IMG/VR virus record: IMGVR_UViG_3300048839_000639
Span: 1 to 56,793 of that record
Reading direction: 5' to 3' (one strand)
DNA: 56,793 nucleotides
Origin: a virus
Taxonomy: Duplodnaviria > Caudoviricetes
Made by a program: the position numbers and the translations under genes. Shown here one piece after another: positions 54,653-56,793 of the stretch. The notes below the pieces were generated by a model. The model was not told where the DNA came from and did no database searches. It saw nothing but the letters and a program-made list of their open reading frames with translations. Position 1 is the first letter of the stretch. Each line of letters starts with the position of its first letter.

Positions 54653-55914
54653 GCACATTTGGATCGCTTTTTACTGGCTTCGGCGGCGCTGACATCGGCG
54701 CGGCGGCCGCCGGCTTCACCCCGCTGTGGGGCGTGGAGTATGACGCAGACATCGCCGGCGTTGCGAATGCCAACCTGGGCGGCCATGTGCGCGTGGCGGA
54801 TGTGCTGGACTGTAATCCGTGCGACTTCGCGCCGGTTGACCTGCTGCACGCATCACCGCCCTGCCCCAATTTCTCGGTGGCGAAAGCCGGCCGCGAAGAA
54901 ACGGCGCACGACATGGCGCTGGCAGACAAGGTGGCCGAGTTCATCCGCGTGCTGCATCCGCGCTTTGTCACCATTGAAAACGTGCCGCAGTATGTGAAGG
55001 CTCATAGCTACAAGCGCATCATGAAGGCGCTGGCGGATATGGGCTACATGTATGACGTGCAGGTGCTGAACAGCGCCGATTTCGGCGTGTCGCAGACGCG
55101 CAAACGCCTGATTGTGCGCGCCGTGATGGGCGCGTTTCCGCCTGCGCTGCCGCGCCCTGTGCCGTGGGTGGGCTGGTATGCGGCCATCGAGGACATTCTG
55201 CACACGCTGCCGGAATCGAGGTTTGCAGAGTGGCAGTTGAAGCGGTTGCCGGAATCACTGAAAAGCACATTCATGTCGGAAGAGGCGAACACCAGCGCCG
55301 CGCCCGTCATCAAAGGCGTTGATGCGCCGGCAATGACGATTCACGCTTCATACGTCAAAAAGATTGTGTTGCCAAAGGCCTTCATCGCCGGCGGTGCAAA
55401 CACCAGCGACGAACAGGCCGCGGCCGGCGTGGGCGTGGGCGATGCAGACGAGCCGGTGCGATGCGTGGCGACCAATGGCGCACGGTGGCGCGCCCTGCTG
55501 GTGGACGGTCAGCAAACCAATCCATCATCGGACGGCGTGCGTGTGCTGAACACGCGCAGGGATGCAGAGCCGGCCATCACGATCAACGCATCGCAATACA
55601 AGGGCGCGCATGTGGCGCTGCTGATTGAAAGCAAGAACTCAAATCAGGAGTGGGCTGTCGGGCTGCGCAACCACGACGCGCCGGCGCTGACGGTGGTCAC
55701 GGATGACCGCCCATCACACGCGCCCAAAGGCTGGCTCAGCACCGGCCGCGTGGTGCAGATGACGCCGCGCGCGCTGGCGCGCTTTCAGTCATTCCCTGAC
55801 TGGTATCAGTTGCCCGACAAGCGCAGTCTGGCATGTCGCGGCATTGGCAATGCCGTGCCGCCGCTGATGTATCAGCGCATCACAGAGGGGTTTCGGCAAG
55901 AGGTGACAGCATGA
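54649..55914 (+). CDS. DNA (cytosine-5) methyltransferase
   Basis: SLFTGFGG, SPPC, ENV, Q.R.R, R.Q.FPD and IGNAVPP motifs. Confidence 0.95.
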   Translation: MSTFGSLFTGFGGADIGAAAAGFTPLWGVEYDADIAGVANANLGGHVRVADVLDCNPCDFAPVDLLHASPPCPNFSVAKAGREETAHDMALADKVAEFIRVLHPRFVTIENVPQYVKAHSYKRIMKALADMGYMYDVQVLNSADFGVSQTRKRLIVRAVMGAFPPALPRPVPWVGWYAAIEDILHTLPESRFAEWQLKRLPESLKSTFMSEEANTSAAPVIKGVDAPAMTIHASYVKKIVLPKAFIAGGANTSDEQAAAGVGVGDADEPVRCVATNGARWRALLVDGQQTNPSSDGVRVLNTRRDAEPAITINASQYKGAHVALLIESKNSNQEWAVGLRNHDAPALTVVTDDRPSHAPKGWLSTGRVVQMTPRALARFQSFPDWYQLPDKRSLACRGIGNAVPPLMYQRITEGFRQEVTA

Positions 55915-56435
55915 GCAAGATTGACAGCAAGATCGACAGGGTGCACGCCATGCTAAACGGCGATGCGGTGGATTTCGGCTCCGTGCTTGACGCGATGAGC
56001 GGCACACGCTCGCGCAGGGTGTTTTCCCGCCCCATCGAGCCGGCCCAGCCGGTGAGGCCCATTGAGCCGGCAGACGTGCTCGCGCAGCCGGTGCAGGGGC
56101 AGACAAGGCAGGAGCGCACGGCGCAGGCCCACGCGCGCCGGCAGCGCATCATCGACTTCGTGGAATCGTATTTCGCATCGCATTACCGGCCGCCGACGAT
56201 CCGCGAGATTTGCGCCGGCGCCGGCATTGATTCGGCCAGCATGATCCTGTTTCACATGCGCGCCCTTTGCCAGAGTGGACAGATCGTTGACACCGGCGAC
56301 CACGGCGAAAGCCGGCGCTACGTGCCGGCGTGGTTGCCAGGAGTGATTAACCGTGAGATGGAAGCGCAGCGCGCAGCAAGACAGGCCGCAGGACAGGCAT
56401 CACGACAGCAGGACGCTGGTCATTCTGAGGGTTGA
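55911..56435 (+). CDS. Protein with LexA N-terminal-like winged HTH
   Basis: RQRIIDFV......PPTIREIC..AGI.S.S....H...L...G; no peptidase domain. Confidence 0.8.
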   Translation: MSKIDSKIDRVHAMLNGDAVDFGSVLDAMSGTRSRRVFSRPIEPAQPVRPIEPADVLAQPVQGQTRQERTAQAHARRQRIIDFVESYFASHYRPPTIREICAGAGIDSASMILFHMRALCQSGQIVDTGDHGESRRYVPAWLPGVINREMEAQRAARQAAGQASRQQDAGHSEG

Positions 56436-56645
56436 GCGTGGCCGTGTGGATTACAGGATCGTCGATGCGGCTGGCAGGACGGTGCGCGAAGGCGTGCAGC
56501 GACTGGCCGGCAAAAACAAACGGAGGCGATGCGTATGAAGTGACAAAAAGGCCGACAGGTGAAGCTGCCGGCCAGCGCGGAGGAGTAACAACCGCGCTGG
56601 ATCAGGATTCTAAGCGAACCAGTCAAATTAGAAAAAGGAGTAAAA

Positions 56646-56793
56646 ATGCAGAACGTTTACAAAATCATCGGCTTTGTCATCATCGCGCTCGTGGCGTTGA
56701 TGCTGGCCGGATGCGGCGACGGCGGCGGCGGCACCAGCTCGCTGCGGCAGCGCATCAACGGCGGGCAGGCAAACACCCAGCCCCCCCCCGCCC
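56646..56793 (+). CDS. Lipoprotein 5' part (continues through the join to 423)
   Basis: AAGGAG SD then ATG CAG AAC GTT TAC. Confidence 0.8.
   Translation, partial: MQNVYKIIGFVIIALVALMLAGCGDGGGGTSSLRQRINGGQANTQPPPA
56658..56793. repeat. Terminal direct repeat (assembly overlap), copy 2
   Basis: Matches 1-136. Confidence 0.97.

Overview
The window is an apparently complete, circularly assembled temperate siphovirus-like genome of about 56.66 kb. Bases 1-136 recur at 56658-56793 with one mismatch, and a lipoprotein gene runs across the join. It is GC-rich, and the host is probably a Chloroflexota member (inferred from an EAD-like domain, GAGATTG heptamers and an HLPIV-type C-terminus). Main modules: packaging, head and tail genes (20.7-39.1 kb); a large serine integrase ending a long leftward early operon that also holds a tyrosine recombinase, J-domain protein, RuvB-like ATPase, DUF1064 nuclease, MTase/SNF2 pair and SSB-like gene (39.2-51.3 kb); an immunity switch with twin promoter-operators (51.3-52.4 kb); and lambda-like replication with an iteron origin, DnaC, a C5-MTase and regulators (52.6-56.4 kb). 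Two accessory regions hold most of the novelty. (i) A leftward operon (9.1-5.7 kb) contains an AcrIII-1/DUF1874-like gene with His->Tyr at the catalytic position, placed behind a terminator/antiterminator RNA switch. (ii) An island (15.2-20.7 kb) carries an initiator-tRNA scaffold with a rewritten anticodon loop, an amidoligase/glutaminase pair, and a PP-loop enzyme plus acidic partner plus 40-aa Arg-rich repeat peptide next to the terminase. Also notable are a second CCA-ended tRNA-like RNA, a frameshift-linked EAD/Death-like domain in the holin cluster, no recognisable endolysin, duplicated promoter-terminator leaders, a lox/dif-like site and strong GCCGGC enrichment. All calls come from reading motifs by eye; no database search or folding program was run.
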